64,000 bases of DNA from Spirochaetia bacterium (GTDB lineage Bacteria; Spirochaetota; Spirochaetia; SZUA-6; Bin103): positions 4,704,001-4,768,000 of the forward strand of contig CBDBDQ010000005.1 of the NCBI GenBank assembly GCA_965203905.1, in the 5' to 3' direction. Below, piece by piece: positions 19,980-30,390 of this stretch. The notes under the pieces were generated by a model. The model saw nothing but the letters and a program-made list of their open reading frames with translations. It did not search any database and was not told where the DNA came from. The position numbers were made by a program, and so were the translations under genes. Within the stretch, counting starts at the first letter, position 1. The number at the start of each line of letters is the position of its first letter.

Positions 19980-20312
19980 TCAGGCCTGATCGGCGGGGAG
20001 CTCCACCACCGCCCGCCGTCCGAGCGCTCGTGCCCACTCGCGTACGAATCCGATCGTCGGATTGCCGGTGAAGCGCTCGGCTTGGGAAATGGCCTGCTGC
20101 GTGCAACCGAGCCGCTCCGCGAGCCGGCCTTGGGTGAACCCGGCGGACTCTCGCGCCTCACGCAGCAGATAGCCCGGCGGATCGGCTTCCCAGGGCGGGA
20201 CTCTTCCCCATCTGCGCAACGCCTTCCACTCTTCGTACGACCGAGGCTTGCGCCGGCTCAAGTGTGTCCGCGGCAACGCAGGACGCGCGCGCGGAGCCAC
20301 GTAAAACCTCAT
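19980..20312 (-). CDS. XRE-family HTH protein
   Basis: LREARESAGFTQGRLAERLGCTQQAISQAE...NPT; ATGA overlap with the upstream gene. Confidence 0.85.
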   Translation of the reverse strand: MRFYVAPRARPALPRTHLSRRKPRSYEEWKALRRWGRVPPWEADPPGYLLREARESAGFTQGRLAERLGCTQQAISQAERFTGNPTIGFVREWARALGRRAVVELPADQA

Positions 20313-20911
20313 GGGTTCGTGCGTGCCCATGTCTCCACCTCCGTGTGCGTCGGCTCTCGTGCGACGTGGGTTCGGGCGAAGGCCATGAGCGAGTCGAGCG
20401 CTGCTGACGCCTCGTTGCGTTCGGCAAGGGCGCGCAGTCGAGCAAGGTTCGGGCGGTGGTTTCCGCTCGACCACAACAGCCAGGCGTTGTAGCCATCGAC
20501 CTCCGATCGCCAGAGCTGCCATGCCGCGAGTCGGTCCACTATGAGTTCCTCCAGCCCGATCACCACGACCGATGTGGTTCCTACGCGAATTGTCGCGACA
20601 ACGTTCCCGCGATCCAGAGCGTCGTCGGGGAATTCGAGGAACAACCGGTGTCGCTCATGAATCCAGTGTCGACCACGGCGCTCGAATCCGGCCTCGCCCA
20701 TCCGCTTGGCGACTGCCGCCGTCACGACTCCTACGAAATCCAGATCGCCGGTTCGATATGCGCCACCGGTGTACAGCTCGACCGCACCACCCCCCACCAG
20801 GGTGGGCACGGCATCGTCGATCGAGAACAGCGATTGAACCCAAGCGGCCACGGCAGCCACTCGATCCGGCCCGTCAGGTTTCCTGGCGGCGGCATCCAGG
20901 CGCTCGCTCAC
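20309..20911 (-). CDS. Pol-beta-superfamily nucleotidyltransferase (DUF6036/AbiEii-like)
   Basis: LVGGGAVELYTGGAYRTGDLDFV (GG...DxD); EELIVDRL. Confidence 0.75.
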   Translation of the reverse strand: MSERLDAAARKPDGPDRVAAVAAWVQSLFSIDDAVPTLVGGGAVELYTGGAYRTGDLDFVGVVTAAVAKRMGEAGFERRGRHWIHERHRLFLEFPDDALDRGNVVATIRVGTTSVVVIGLEELIVDRLAAWQLWRSEVDGYNAWLLWSSGNHRPNLARLRALAERNEASAALDSLMAFARTHVAREPTHTEVETWARTNP

Positions 20912-21069
20912 AATACACGCATTGTACAGCGGGCAAGCGGGACCAGCAAGCGCATGCCCGCGTACGCCGCGTACGTAGCACACTTTGCGCAGGCCCGTAC
21001 CATGAACGCGCGATGGTACTCTACACCTGCTTGGCGCGATGATGGGCACCCAGACGACCCACACCGCCC

Positions 21070-21480
21070 TTCAGCCGGGGGTCGCAGGTCTCTGAGCGCA
21101 TCACCGAGCATATTCAGACTGTAGACCACGATGGTCAGGGCAAGACCGGGCCAGATGGCCAGCCACGGCGCCAACTCCATGAACCGGCGCCCGTCGTTGC
21201 TGAGCATGCCTCCCCAGGTGGCGACATTCGGGGGAAGACCGAAACCAAGGAAGCTCAGCGAACGTAGAACCCGACGCGAGCCTGCCCGATCATCCCGTAC
21301 GGTGTCGTGTCGCCCAGCCCCGCAAACAGCGTGTCGTTGATGCTCTCGTTGTCCAGCGCCAGCCGCAACGACCACGAAACTCACCGCCGCAGGTCTGATC
21401 AGGGTGAGGTGCGCCCAAATACGCAGCTTGCAGCGCCTGTGACCCACCATTACGACGTGGGCAGCGGCGCCTGGCACGAA
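21070..21480 (-). pseudogene. OppC/DppC permease remnant
   Basis: LSFLGFGLPP..TWGGMLS..GRRFMELAPWLAIWPGLALT...LGDALRD; upstream part degraded. Confidence 0.8.
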
Positions 21481-21556
21481 AAATCACGGTCGCACCGCCG
21501 GCCCACGGCCCCTTCTTGCTCTCTGCAAACTCCAGCGCCGTCAACTCGGGACCAAA

Positions 21557-21826
21557 TCAAGCCAGCCGATCCCCTTGGTGAGGGAACCGGGTTAGACCGT
21601 CGGTCGGATAGAACAGCTCGTTGATCGCGGGATTCTCGTCGGTGAAGTCGTCGGGAACGACAATCCGACCGCGCAGCAGCCCGAGCCGGCGTTTGCCGCG
21701 CGGTTGGTGTTTGAAAAGATCCGCAATCGGGAGATTGTTCTTGGCGATGGTCACCGTCTCGCCGTGATACACCCTGTCGAGCAAGCTCGAAAGCTGTGCC
21801 TTGGCTTCGGACACGTTGACGATCAT
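21557..21826 (-). CDS. Orphan Phd/YefM antitoxin (duplicate of 18002-18244, no toxin)
   Basis: Near-identical DNA including the upstream region; diverges after FxPTD; no PIN gene downstream. Confidence 0.88.
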   Translation of the reverse strand: MIVNVSEAKAQLSSLLDRVYHGETVTIAKNNLPIADLFKHQPRGKRRLGLLRGRIVVPDDFTDENPAINELFYPTDGLTRFPHQGDRLA

Positions 21827-22022
21827 GCGACTACCCTCACTTCGTTCTCTGACCAATCTGACCAATTCAGGTCTATCTGGTCAAGCAATTCTGTGTGGAC
21901 GCGCCGGCCAGGAAGTCGGCCTGTGGTGAGATGCGGACCGAATACCGTCGGCTAACCGGTTCGCGGACTGCTCACTGTCGCCGGGCGCTGGTCGCTCGAC
22001 GAGGCCCACCGCGACCAGTAGG

Positions 22023-22955
22023 ATGCGGCTCAACATGCCCTGTTCCGAGATCTCCGATACCACCCGCCTCGAACGGCTGCGCCCGCCCGCCGGTCCCGTG
22101 CGCATGGTGCTGGACACCGATACCTACAACGAGACCGACGACCAGTTCGCGCTGGCGCATGCCATGCTCTCCCCGGAACGGCTCACCGTCGAGGCGGTCT
22201 ACGCGGCGCCGTTTCACAACGAGCGCTCCGACGGGCCGGGGCACGGCATGGAGCTGAGCTGCCAGGAGATCCTGCGCCTGCTGGAGCGGCTCGGGCGTTC
22301 CGCCGAGGGGTTCGCGTTCCGGGGCTCGACCGGCTACCTGGGCCGCGGCGGACAGCCGCGCGAGGCGGACGCAGTGCGCGACCTGGTCGCCCGCGGGCTC
22401 GCCGGCCGCGATGACGACCCGCTCTACGTGGTGGCGATCGGGGCGATAACCAACGTCGCCTCCGCGCTGCTGACCGAGCCGGCGCTGGCCGAGAAGATCG
22501 TGGTGGCGTGGCTGGGCGGCCACGCCCTGAGCTGGCCCGATACGCGCGAATTCAACCTGCGCCAGGACGTCCCCGCCGCCCGCGTCGTGCTCGACTGCGG
22601 CGTGCCGCTGGTGCTGGTGCCCTGCATGGGGGTGACCAGCCACCTGCACACCTCGGTCCCGGAGATCGACCGCCACGTGGCGCCGCACGGGGAGTTGGGC
22701 GCCCTCCTGGCGTCCCGGTTCAAGGAGATGCGCGACGATCACTTCGTCTGGTCGAAGGTGCTGTGGGACGTGGCCACCATCGCCTGGCTGCTCGACCCGG
22801 CCTGGGTGCCGACAGAGCTGGTGCCGAGCCCGGTGGTGACCGACCAGGTCACCTGGAGCGTCGACCGGCGCCGCCACCTGATCCGCTGCGCCAGCTTCGT
22901 CCACCGCGATCCGATCTTGCGCGACCTGTTCCGCAAACTCGCCGCCGCTGCCTAG
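22023..22955 (+). CDS. Nucleoside hydrolase (IU-NH family)
   Basis: VLDTDTYNETDDQFAL, IGAITN, EFN, LWD. Confidence 0.9.
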   Translation: MRLNMPCSEISDTTRLERLRPPAGPVRMVLDTDTYNETDDQFALAHAMLSPERLTVEAVYAAPFHNERSDGPGHGMELSCQEILRLLERLGRSAEGFAFRGSTGYLGRGGQPREADAVRDLVARGLAGRDDDPLYVVAIGAITNVASALLTEPALAEKIVVAWLGGHALSWPDTREFNLRQDVPAARVVLDCGVPLVLVPCMGVTSHLHTSVPEIDRHVAPHGELGALLASRFKEMRDDHFVWSKVLWDVATIAWLLDPAWVPTELVPSPVVTDQVTWSVDRRRHLIRCASFVHRDPILRDLFRKLAAAA

Positions 22956-22975
22956 CAGCCCGTGGCGAAACTCCG
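22953..22975 (+). repeat. IS/MITE-like terminal repeat remnant (copy 2)
   Basis: tagcagcccgtggcgaaactccg begins at the hydrolase stop codon, in a CTAG context. Confidence 0.7.
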
Positions 22976-23732
22976 ACTGCATTCGAACGGCGCTGCATCC
23001 CGGCCGAGCAGCCCACGACGTCCTGTCGCGGGCCGGGAGCTACATGCCACCCGTGGCACCACGGATGGGGCCACGGGCGGAGGTCACCGCGTATCCGGCA
23101 TGGATCCGCGAGGGGTCCCGGTCGGCCGCGCACGCACAGGTCGGCGCGGCGGCGGCGAAGCTGAAGATTGCCAGCGCCGGGGTGATGGAGCGCATCCGAT
23201 GAACGAGTCCGGGGAGTCCGCGCCACAGTGCCGGGCAGACCGGTTGGCGGTGGCCGCAACGTCACAACCTCAGGTGGCAGCGGGCGCTGGCGAGCGGCCG
23301 GAACGGCCGGAGTCCGCGCATTGACATGGCCAGGCGAGCCTGTGACGATAGCGACTTCGAGCATCGAACGGATGCCGATGAAGCGCCATGATGACAGTCA
23401 GCGCAATGGCCGGTTGGCGGTGAAGCAGCCCGTGTACCCTATCCCCCCCACTTTTTTGGGAACCGAGAAACAACTAACCGCTCCCGCTCATCGCCCCGTA
23501 CGCGCCCCCGCGCACGCCGTCGCCCTTCCCGGCGACCGCAACGTCCCGGATCCCCACCCACTGACTGCCGGCAAAACCCATCCGGCGTTGCCGGCCACTC
23601 AGATTCGCTGCTTCGCCGACCACCACCCAGTGTGGGGTTGTGACGCTGGTGCCCACGTCCGCCGAGCGGTCGGTGCCGGCATCATGGGCGCACATACATC
23701 AATACACAAAGTCTAAAGTTTGGAGGATCGTC

Positions 23733-24629
23733 ATGGACCGATATCATTCTTTCATGCAGCGCTTACATCAGGGGGAACGGATATTGATTGATGGCGCTAC
23801 CGGTACCGAGATTGAACGGCGAGGTGTTCCCATGGTGGACAATGCATGGAATGGGGGCGGGGCCTTGACGCATCCTGATATCGTTCGCGGAGTCCATGAA
23901 GACTATATCCGTCATGGCGCACAGGTTGTGATATCGAACACCTTTTCAACTGCTCGTCACACTTTACAAGATGCTGGCATGGAGGAGCATTTTGAATTTC
24001 TTAACCGGCGAGGGGTAGAGCTTGCCCGCGAGGCCAGAGAGAACATGGATGCACCCAATGTTTTGGTAGCAGGAGGCATGAGCGTCATTTCTTTTACGAA
24101 CAATTTCCCGACCCGTGAGAAGCTGCGTATTAGTGCTAAAGAACAAGCCGCGATCATGGACGATGCAGGTGCAGACCTGATCATGTTGGAAATGATGATG
24201 GATCTGGAACGGATGCTGATTATGTTGGAATCAGGCCAACAGACAGAGTTGCCGGTGTGGGTCGGTTTTAGCTGCGAAGTCGATGAGGAAGGCGAGGTTC
24301 GTTTGCTGCAGGGCCCAAAACTGGCAGAAGGGCTTGAGGCGATACAAGATAAAAATGTGGGCCTTGTCAATATCATGCACACCGAGGTCGAAGATATTGA
24401 TGCTGCCTTAGATATTGTACAGTCTCATTGGGATGGCCCAATTGGGGTCTATGCTCATTCCGGAAAGTTCGTGGCCCCCAATTGGATATTCAATGACATC
24501 ATATCGCCAGAAGATTATTCCTCTGCCGCAAAGACTTGGATGGCGCGCGGGGTTCAAGTGATCGGGGGTTGTTGTGGTATTGGGAAAGAGCATATTGCCC
24601 GGTTAGAAGAAGCCGTAAAAAGCTACTAG
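23733..24629 (+). CDS. Homocysteine S-methyltransferase family protein
   Basis: LIDGATGTE, HEDYIRHGA, IGGCCG; GGAGG RBS; lower GC. Confidence 0.92.
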   Translation: MDRYHSFMQRLHQGERILIDGATGTEIERRGVPMVDNAWNGGGALTHPDIVRGVHEDYIRHGAQVVISNTFSTARHTLQDAGMEEHFEFLNRRGVELAREARENMDAPNVLVAGGMSVISFTNNFPTREKLRISAKEQAAIMDDAGADLIMLEMMMDLERMLIMLESGQQTELPVWVGFSCEVDEEGEVRLLQGPKLAEGLEAIQDKNVGLVNIMHTEVEDIDAALDIVQSHWDGPIGVYAHSGKFVAPNWIFNDIISPEDYSSAAKTWMARGVQVIGGCCGIGKEHIARLEEAVKSY

Positions 24630-24911
24630 GAAAATTCTTTGTTATAAGGGCGGTTCAAAAAATAACTGGTTTGTGGGCGTTGAACGAAATAGCTTGCATT
24701 GAGGAGTCGTTACGCTCTGACGCGGCAGGTAGTCTTGAGGAGTTCCGGCCTATCCGTGAATGCGCAGTGCGCCGACGACCATGTTCGGCTGCAGACGATC
24801 CCAAGACTGACCGGCAAGTGGGCTACATAGAGACGATATCCACGACCTCGCGCCGAGGGAGCGATTCGACGAGATGGTGATGGTCGGTTGATAGGTGAGG
24901 GCGCGGTGCCC

Positions 24912-25964
24912 TCACGGCCTCAACAACACTGCAAGATTCTTGCCGCTGTAAACGGAATCCACCGCCCGCTGGCACTCATCAAAAGAGATAATCTCTGAAA
25001 TCAACGGCTTAGGATCGATCTGCTTATGAAAGATCACATTGAAGGCGTCGGACATGCGGCCTCCCAGAATACCTACAACTTTTATCCGTTTTACCGTCCA
25101 CACCATCGGATTGACTTCCATTGGGCTGACAAATCCCGCGAGTACGATTGATCCGCCTCGTTTCACCATCGCGGTCGCATCGTTGAGCACTTTGCCGTCG
25201 CGTACACAGATCAGCACGGCATCGACTCCGCCTTCGGTGCGGGTCCACACCTCTTTCATGACATCGACTTCTTTTGCGTTTAACGCGATGTCGATTCCCA
25301 GTTCTTTCGCCTTATCCAGCCGTGATTGAACCAGGTCGACGATGAAAACCGGGGCGGCTCCAGCCGCCTTGGCCGCCATCGCTGCCAGAAGGCCTATTTT
25401 CCCGGCGCCGACGACCACCGCGGACCGGCCCGGCCTGATTTCAGCGGCGGCGATGGCGCCGTTTCCGGTGGAAAGAGGTTCCACGAACACCGCCTCTTCG
25501 TCCGGGATGTGATCCGGAACCTTTATCAATCCGTGGGGGGTTGACAAAAAATACTCGGCCATGCACTTATAATTTTCATACCCCCGGCCGGGCCGCCCGG
25601 GTGTAGTCGGATCGGGATCTCCGATCGGTATTGCCCTGTCACCTACCGACCATCCCGAAACACCATTGCCAATCTCGGCGACTTCAGCAATAAACTCGTG
25701 TCCCGGTATCGATCCTGGACGGGGACTAATCCCTGCCCCGGTAGGTAATGAAAAGGAATCCTTTAGGAAATCGGGCGTATCCTGATAGACAAGTTGGAAT
25801 GCGCCATCTAGGTATTCTAGATCGCTTCCGCAAATGCCGGCGTATCGCGTTTTCAATAGAATCCATCCAGGCTCCGGTTCCGGAATCGGGAGGTCCCTAC
25901 ACTCGATCTTTCTTTTTTCCCCCGTGGCCACGCATGCTTTCATCGACTCTTCCCCATTGATCAC
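24912..25964 (-). CDS. Zinc-dependent medium-chain alcohol dehydrogenase
   Basis: GICGSD, PGHE, VEP, GAGKIG; structural-Zn Cys cluster absent; start may be the downstream MKAC. Confidence 0.9.
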   Translation of the reverse strand: MINGEESMKACVATGEKRKIECRDLPIPEPEPGWILLKTRYAGICGSDLEYLDGAFQLVYQDTPDFLKDSFSLPTGAGISPRPGSIPGHEFIAEVAEIGNGVSGWSVGDRAIPIGDPDPTTPGRPGRGYENYKCMAEYFLSTPHGLIKVPDHIPDEEAVFVEPLSTGNGAIAAAEIRPGRSAVVVGAGKIGLLAAMAAKAAGAAPVFIVDLVQSRLDKAKELGIDIALNAKEVDVMKEVWTRTEGGVDAVLICVRDGKVLNDATAMVKRGGSIVLAGFVSPMEVNPMVWTVKRIKVVGILGGRMSDAFNVIFHKQIDPKPLISEIISFDECQRAVDSVYSGKNLAVLLRP

Positions 25965-26121
25965 CTTATCGTTATTCCGCCGTCAACGTGCAGTGTCTGA
26001 CCGGTAATATTCTTTGCTTCGTCGGAGACCAAGAGAACCACCGCGCGCCCCATATCTCCGGCAGTTTGCTCTCAGCGCAATGGCGTGTGCGCCCACAACA
26101 CTTCCATTTCCTCATTGTGAT

Positions 26122-27795
26122 CTATTTGTCCGCTCTGACCATTGCGGAGTAGCCGCCGATAAACGGGGACATCGATTCATGATCCACTTCAACATTTATG
26201 ATCGATGGCTTGCCGTTCGCTACCGCCCGCCTAATAGCCGGGATGATGTCATTTGGATCTTTGACTGCTTCCCCGTGACCGTCCCACATCGAAACCATCT
26301 TCTCGTACGCCCGCATAGGCGCCAGTTCGGTATTCACCTGGCCTTTTTCGGGGTGATAGTGCTTATACTCCAGCCGAATCATACCCCAAGCAGAGTCGTT
26401 GGAAATCACGCACACACAGGGGATGCCAAGTTTTTCCATAGTGTCCATTTCCATAGCATAGAAGCCGAAACTACCGTCTCCGGTATACCACAGCACGGGT
26501 TTCCTATTTGCCGCCCATGCGCCCACCCCCAAACCGGGGCCGGTACCGATGATTCCGTTAGCGCCGGTACTGTGGATTTGGCCTGGTCGCGACGGCCTGA
26601 TTGCGTTTAGCGACCACACCACGGCTTCGCCACCGTCTAGTACTATATTCCAGTCACTACCTTCTTCTGCTACAAACTTCGCTACCTCAAAGGCGCATCT
26701 CGCCGGATGCATTGGTATGCCCTTCGAGTGGAACGCACCGGGCAAGCTTTCAGGCCATTTCTCTCCCGGCAACGTGACCCATGTACTTTCGACGGGTTCG
26801 CTCTTCTTGTTTTTTACCGCATCCAATATCTGGCTTCCAACAGGCCCAATGCCCCCGACAATGCCGAGGTCCGCCCGCAAATTGAAGCCGATCTTTCTGC
26901 TGTCGGTATGGACTTGAATGACTTTTGCGTCCGCCGGGATCTTCGATCCCTTGCTGTGTCTGAAATCAAACTCGCATCCCATTGCGAGAACCACGTCCGC
27001 ATGGGGTGTCGCGTTCATCTGAAGAAGTGGATTCTCCATTTCGTTGCCAAACAATCCAGGGCAGAGATTGCCCATAATGCAGTATCCAAGCGGCATTTTC
27101 AGATAGTCGGCAAGCTCGGATATCGAGGCCGCATGTTCACCTACACTGAATCTCGCGCCTTCATCTATCAGGATGGCCGGACGCTCGGCGTGAATAAGAA
27201 GTTCGGCCGCTTTCTCGACAAGCTTTGGATCACCGTGGGGAATCGCGTCGGTGCAGTAGTTCGAAGGAAAAACAATATCGTTTGCTTCTACCGTGTCGCG
27301 TAGCAGATCGGTCGGAAACTCGAGATATACCGGCCCTGGATTTCTAGAGTCGGTCGCATGCCGATACGCCATGGAGATATACTCGGGAATCCTCTCTTTC
27401 AGCGTGATCTTTTTGGCCCATCTCGTAACCGATTGCATGAGCTCAAAGGTGTCCATGTCCTGAAGGTCTCCGGTATCTCGAGCAGACATCTTTACGGCGC
27501 CGCCTAAATGAATGAGAGGTACGCCAATAGTATCCGCCTCCATCATTCCGGAAGTAGTGTTGCTCACCCCCGGCCCAGCGGTAGTTACTACAACCGAGGG
27601 CTTCCCCGTTGCCCTGGAATAGGCAATTGCGGCATATGCTGCCGCGCACTCATGACGCATGTCGATAGTCTCGATGCCGTTGTCGCGCATGCCAAAAAGA
27701 ATCGGCATGATGTGTCCGCCGCACAGAACAAACGCTTGCTCGATGCCGGCATTAGCCAAAGCTTTGCCAACCAAAAATCCGCCGTCAACGCGCAT
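26122..27795 (-). CDS. Thiamine diphosphate-dependent enzyme (acetolactate synthase / 2-hydroxyacyl-CoA lyase-like)
   Basis: RHECAA, TAGPG, GPVYLEFP, GDGSFG...ISND ThDP motif. Confidence 0.92.
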   Translation of the reverse strand: MRVDGGFLVGKALANAGIEQAFVLCGGHIMPILFGMRDNGIETIDMRHECAAAYAAIAYSRATGKPSVVVTTAGPGVSNTTSGMMEADTIGVPLIHLGGAVKMSARDTGDLQDMDTFELMQSVTRWAKKITLKERIPEYISMAYRHATDSRNPGPVYLEFPTDLLRDTVEANDIVFPSNYCTDAIPHGDPKLVEKAAELLIHAERPAILIDEGARFSVGEHAASISELADYLKMPLGYCIMGNLCPGLFGNEMENPLLQMNATPHADVVLAMGCEFDFRHSKGSKIPADAKVIQVHTDSRKIGFNLRADLGIVGGIGPVGSQILDAVKNKKSEPVESTWVTLPGEKWPESLPGAFHSKGIPMHPARCAFEVAKFVAEEGSDWNIVLDGGEAVVWSLNAIRPSRPGQIHSTGANGIIGTGPGLGVGAWAANRKPVLWYTGDGSFGFYAMEMDTMEKLGIPCVCVISNDSAWGMIRLEYKHYHPEKGQVNTELAPMRAYEKMVSMWDGHGEAVKDPNDIIPAIRRAVANGKPSIINVEVDHESMSPFIGGYSAMVRADK

Positions 27796-27902
27796 TGCGA
27801 TTCTCCTGCATCTTACTATTCAGGTACACGTTGTTGTGTCGCCGCAGCGTCTGGGGCATGGTAGCCCGCGAGTGGTACGAAATCAAGTGCACGCATTACC
27901 TC

Positions 27903-27990
27903 GGAGGTGGCTCTGGTCGGTTGCACAGTCCGGGGGTAGGTTAGAGTGTATTCCATTGGTTGTCAACCCGCCCCTCCCTCTCTTCCCTCA
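27903..27990. mobile_element. Isolated IS3-family end remnant
   Basis: ggaggtggctctggtcggttgcacagtcc...agagtgtattccattggttgtcaacc...cccctccctctct closely matches the IS end at 50871-50955. Confidence 0.75.
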
Positions 27991-28060
27991 GCCCTGGCCA
28001 CCTACCAGCATAGGCAACTGCCCCCCTGGAAGGCGGTGTCCATTAAAGCCGTCGAAAAGC

Positions 28061-29032
28061 TCAAAGCCTGACACGACGAACTTCCGGCACAACCTTGCCT
28101 CCAGTTTTCTTCCTGGCTTTCTCCAAAGACTTCGCGCCATAGAAACCGGGATGCCCCGCACCACCCTTCAGCCTGGGATCAAGTAGATCCCTCACCGCGT
28201 CGCCAAACATGTTTAGACAGTAAATGGTAATTGTCAGGAAAAGACCGGGCCAGAAAGCCAGGTGTGGCGCCTGCTCCATGAATCTACGCCCTGTCACGCT
28301 GAGCAGACCACCCCACTCAGGAATCTCCACTGGCATACCATATCCGAGGAAGCTCAGAGAAGAAATACTCAGGATTGTGCCTCCTACGCTCATGCTGAAT
28401 GAAATGATTACGATAGGCATAACACTGGGCACGCCATGGCGGAGGAACGTTCTCCATTTTGAGCTGCCAGCCGCCTCCGCCGCCTCGAAATAAACATTCT
28501 CTTTCATGCTCATAACCCAGCCTCTAATTACTCTACTGCCGCCGAGGCCTCCTGATATCCCCAGGACCAGTATTATCTGTACCACACCCTGCCCCACTAT
28601 GGACATTACGGTTAACAACAGGATCAGTCCCGGGAAACTGTTCCAGGCATCGGTAAATCTCTGCAACATGATGTCGAGTTTACCACCCAGAAACCCTGAA
28701 ATACCGCCTATCAGGCTACTGAGCACAACACTAAGAGTGGTCGTTGCCAGACCGACAAGTAACGAGATACGAGCCCCGTAGATAATGAGGCTCATGTAGT
28801 CTCGTCCCACCTGGTCGGTACCCAGGGGATACCGGGCTGATGAGCCTTGCAGCCTGTCTACCACCTTATATTCATCGTAGTGATACGGAGCCAGAACATC
28901 GGCAAAGATACCGACAAGAATCAATATCAATATGACAATCCCGCAGGCAGTACCCAGTGGCTTCTCGTTCCACAGCCTGATAAAGAAATCAGCCACCGCC
29001 ACACGTCTCTTTGGCTCACTTGTGGGGTTCAT
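28061..29032 (-). CDS. Peptide/nickel ABC permease (OppC/DppC-like)
   Basis: LGTDQVGRD, LSFLGYG, GDAVRDLLDPR. Confidence 0.94.
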   Translation of the reverse strand: MNPTSEPKRRVAVADFFIRLWNEKPLGTACGIVILILILVGIFADVLAPYHYDEYKVVDRLQGSSARYPLGTDQVGRDYMSLIIYGARISLLVGLATTTLSVVLSSLIGGISGFLGGKLDIMLQRFTDAWNSFPGLILLLTVMSIVGQGVVQIILVLGISGGLGGSRVIRGWVMSMKENVYFEAAEAAGSSKWRTFLRHGVPSVMPIVIISFSMSVGGTILSISSLSFLGYGMPVEIPEWGGLLSVTGRRFMEQAPHLAFWPGLFLTITIYCLNMFGDAVRDLLDPRLKGGAGHPGFYGAKSLEKARKKTGGKVVPEVRRVRL

Positions 29033-30039
29033 TTATAGCGTACCCGGGGGTCTACATAAGGATACAGCATGTCGATAAATAGGATGTTCAACATAACTAT
29101 CATCGATAAAAACAGGTTTACTCCGGAGACCACCGAGTAGTCTCTATCTTGGAGGGCCAGCAGAGCGAGACGACCTATCCCCGGCAGGTTAAATATGTTC
29201 TCCATGATAACGGAGCCACCTACCATCAAGGGTAGCTGCCCCCCTATCGAGGTAAGTATCGGGATGGACGCGTTCTTGAGGGCGTGTCTGATTATCACTA
29301 CCCTCTCGTTGAGACCCTTGGACCAGGCCGTCCTGATATAGTCCTGCCTCAGTACCTCCAGCATCATGGTGCGCATCAACCGCATGGTGCCGGCAGAATA
29401 TGCCGTCCCCAGAATCAGGCTGGGAATGATGAGCCCCGCGAGATTCCTCAGCGGGTCTTCCACGAGAGGAATGTATTCCAGCGGTGGCGACCAGGCCCAC
29501 CAGATTGCCGGGTAGATCATGACCATCAGTGCCAGCCAGAAGTTAGGAGTTGACATGCCGATGATGGCGACGGTGCGCCCCACGTAGTCGGCGGCCGTAT
29601 CCTGGCGAATCGCCGAGTAGATGCCGACTGGCAGGGCTATCACCAGCCCGATTACGATTGCCAGAAAACCGAGCTCAATGGTTACTGGCAATCTCTCTAT
29701 TATCTGCTGCCCTATCGGAAGGCCGCCCTTTATTGGCTTACCAAGGGTACCCTGGAGGAGACCCTCGAAGTGGGACTCGCCGGTATACAGGTCAGGGGTC
29801 GGCAACACTCCTATCCAGCGCCCATACTGCACGTAAGCGGGCACGTCCAATCCCAGCAGACGCTCCATGGTTGCACGGTCAAAATCCCCGTACAACATTT
29901 CGTCATGCATATACATCATCTGGTCTATTATATCGCCCGGGATATAGCGCACGGCGAAAAAGACCAGGAGGGTCAAGATAAACAACGTGGGGATTATCAG
30001 CAATAGCCGTCTGATCATATAGGCTCTCATATGATACAC
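29029..30039 (-). CDS. Peptide/nickel ABC permease (OppB/DppB-like)
   Basis: PGD, DYIRTAWSKGL, DPRVRY. Confidence 0.94.
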   Translation of the reverse strand: MYHMRAYMIRRLLLIIPTLFILTLLVFFAVRYIPGDIIDQMMYMHDEMLYGDFDRATMERLLGLDVPAYVQYGRWIGVLPTPDLYTGESHFEGLLQGTLGKPIKGGLPIGQQIIERLPVTIELGFLAIVIGLVIALPVGIYSAIRQDTAADYVGRTVAIIGMSTPNFWLALMVMIYPAIWWAWSPPLEYIPLVEDPLRNLAGLIIPSLILGTAYSAGTMRLMRTMMLEVLRQDYIRTAWSKGLNERVVIIRHALKNASIPILTSIGGQLPLMVGGSVIMENIFNLPGIGRLALLALQDRDYSVVSGVNLFLSMIVMLNILFIDMLYPYVDPRVRYK

Positions 30040-30057
30040 CTCATCGCGATTTCCCCT

Positions 30058-30215
30058 GTCATTGCGAGCCCCGGTCTAGCGGAGCTCGGCTATCTCGCTA
30101 TTAGATCCCCTTCTCAAAGGAGGGAAACTAAAGCTCTCTCTTTTCCTAAAGGGATTCATCCTGAAGGACTCTTCCTAAAGGAGGGTGAGAGGGATTTTAA
30201 GAGAGTGGCAATCTC
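30058..30215. repeat. Nested REP-like palindromic intergenic elements
   Basis: gtcattgcgag...gtggcaatctc arms enclosing two ccccttctcaaaggaggg-type palindromes. Confidence 0.5.
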
Positions 30216-30390
30216 GTCGCTCTCTCGCTATTCAATAGGTGCGGAAGCCGGGAAGCTTGACCCTCGTCACGCAGCTTGCTGCGGGAGCCGCTTACTCCAC
30301 AAAATCGGAGATTATGCGGGGCCTTATTATGCCCGAGGGTCAAATACCGCTGCAGCGGTGCTGCGGGTGCCATAGCACCGCATTCTGTTG

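Noticed and set aside
23290-23470. Possible promoter or riboswitch upstream of the methyltransferase
   Set aside because: TTGACA is present, but no SAM or cobalamin riboswitch consensus was recognisable by eye.
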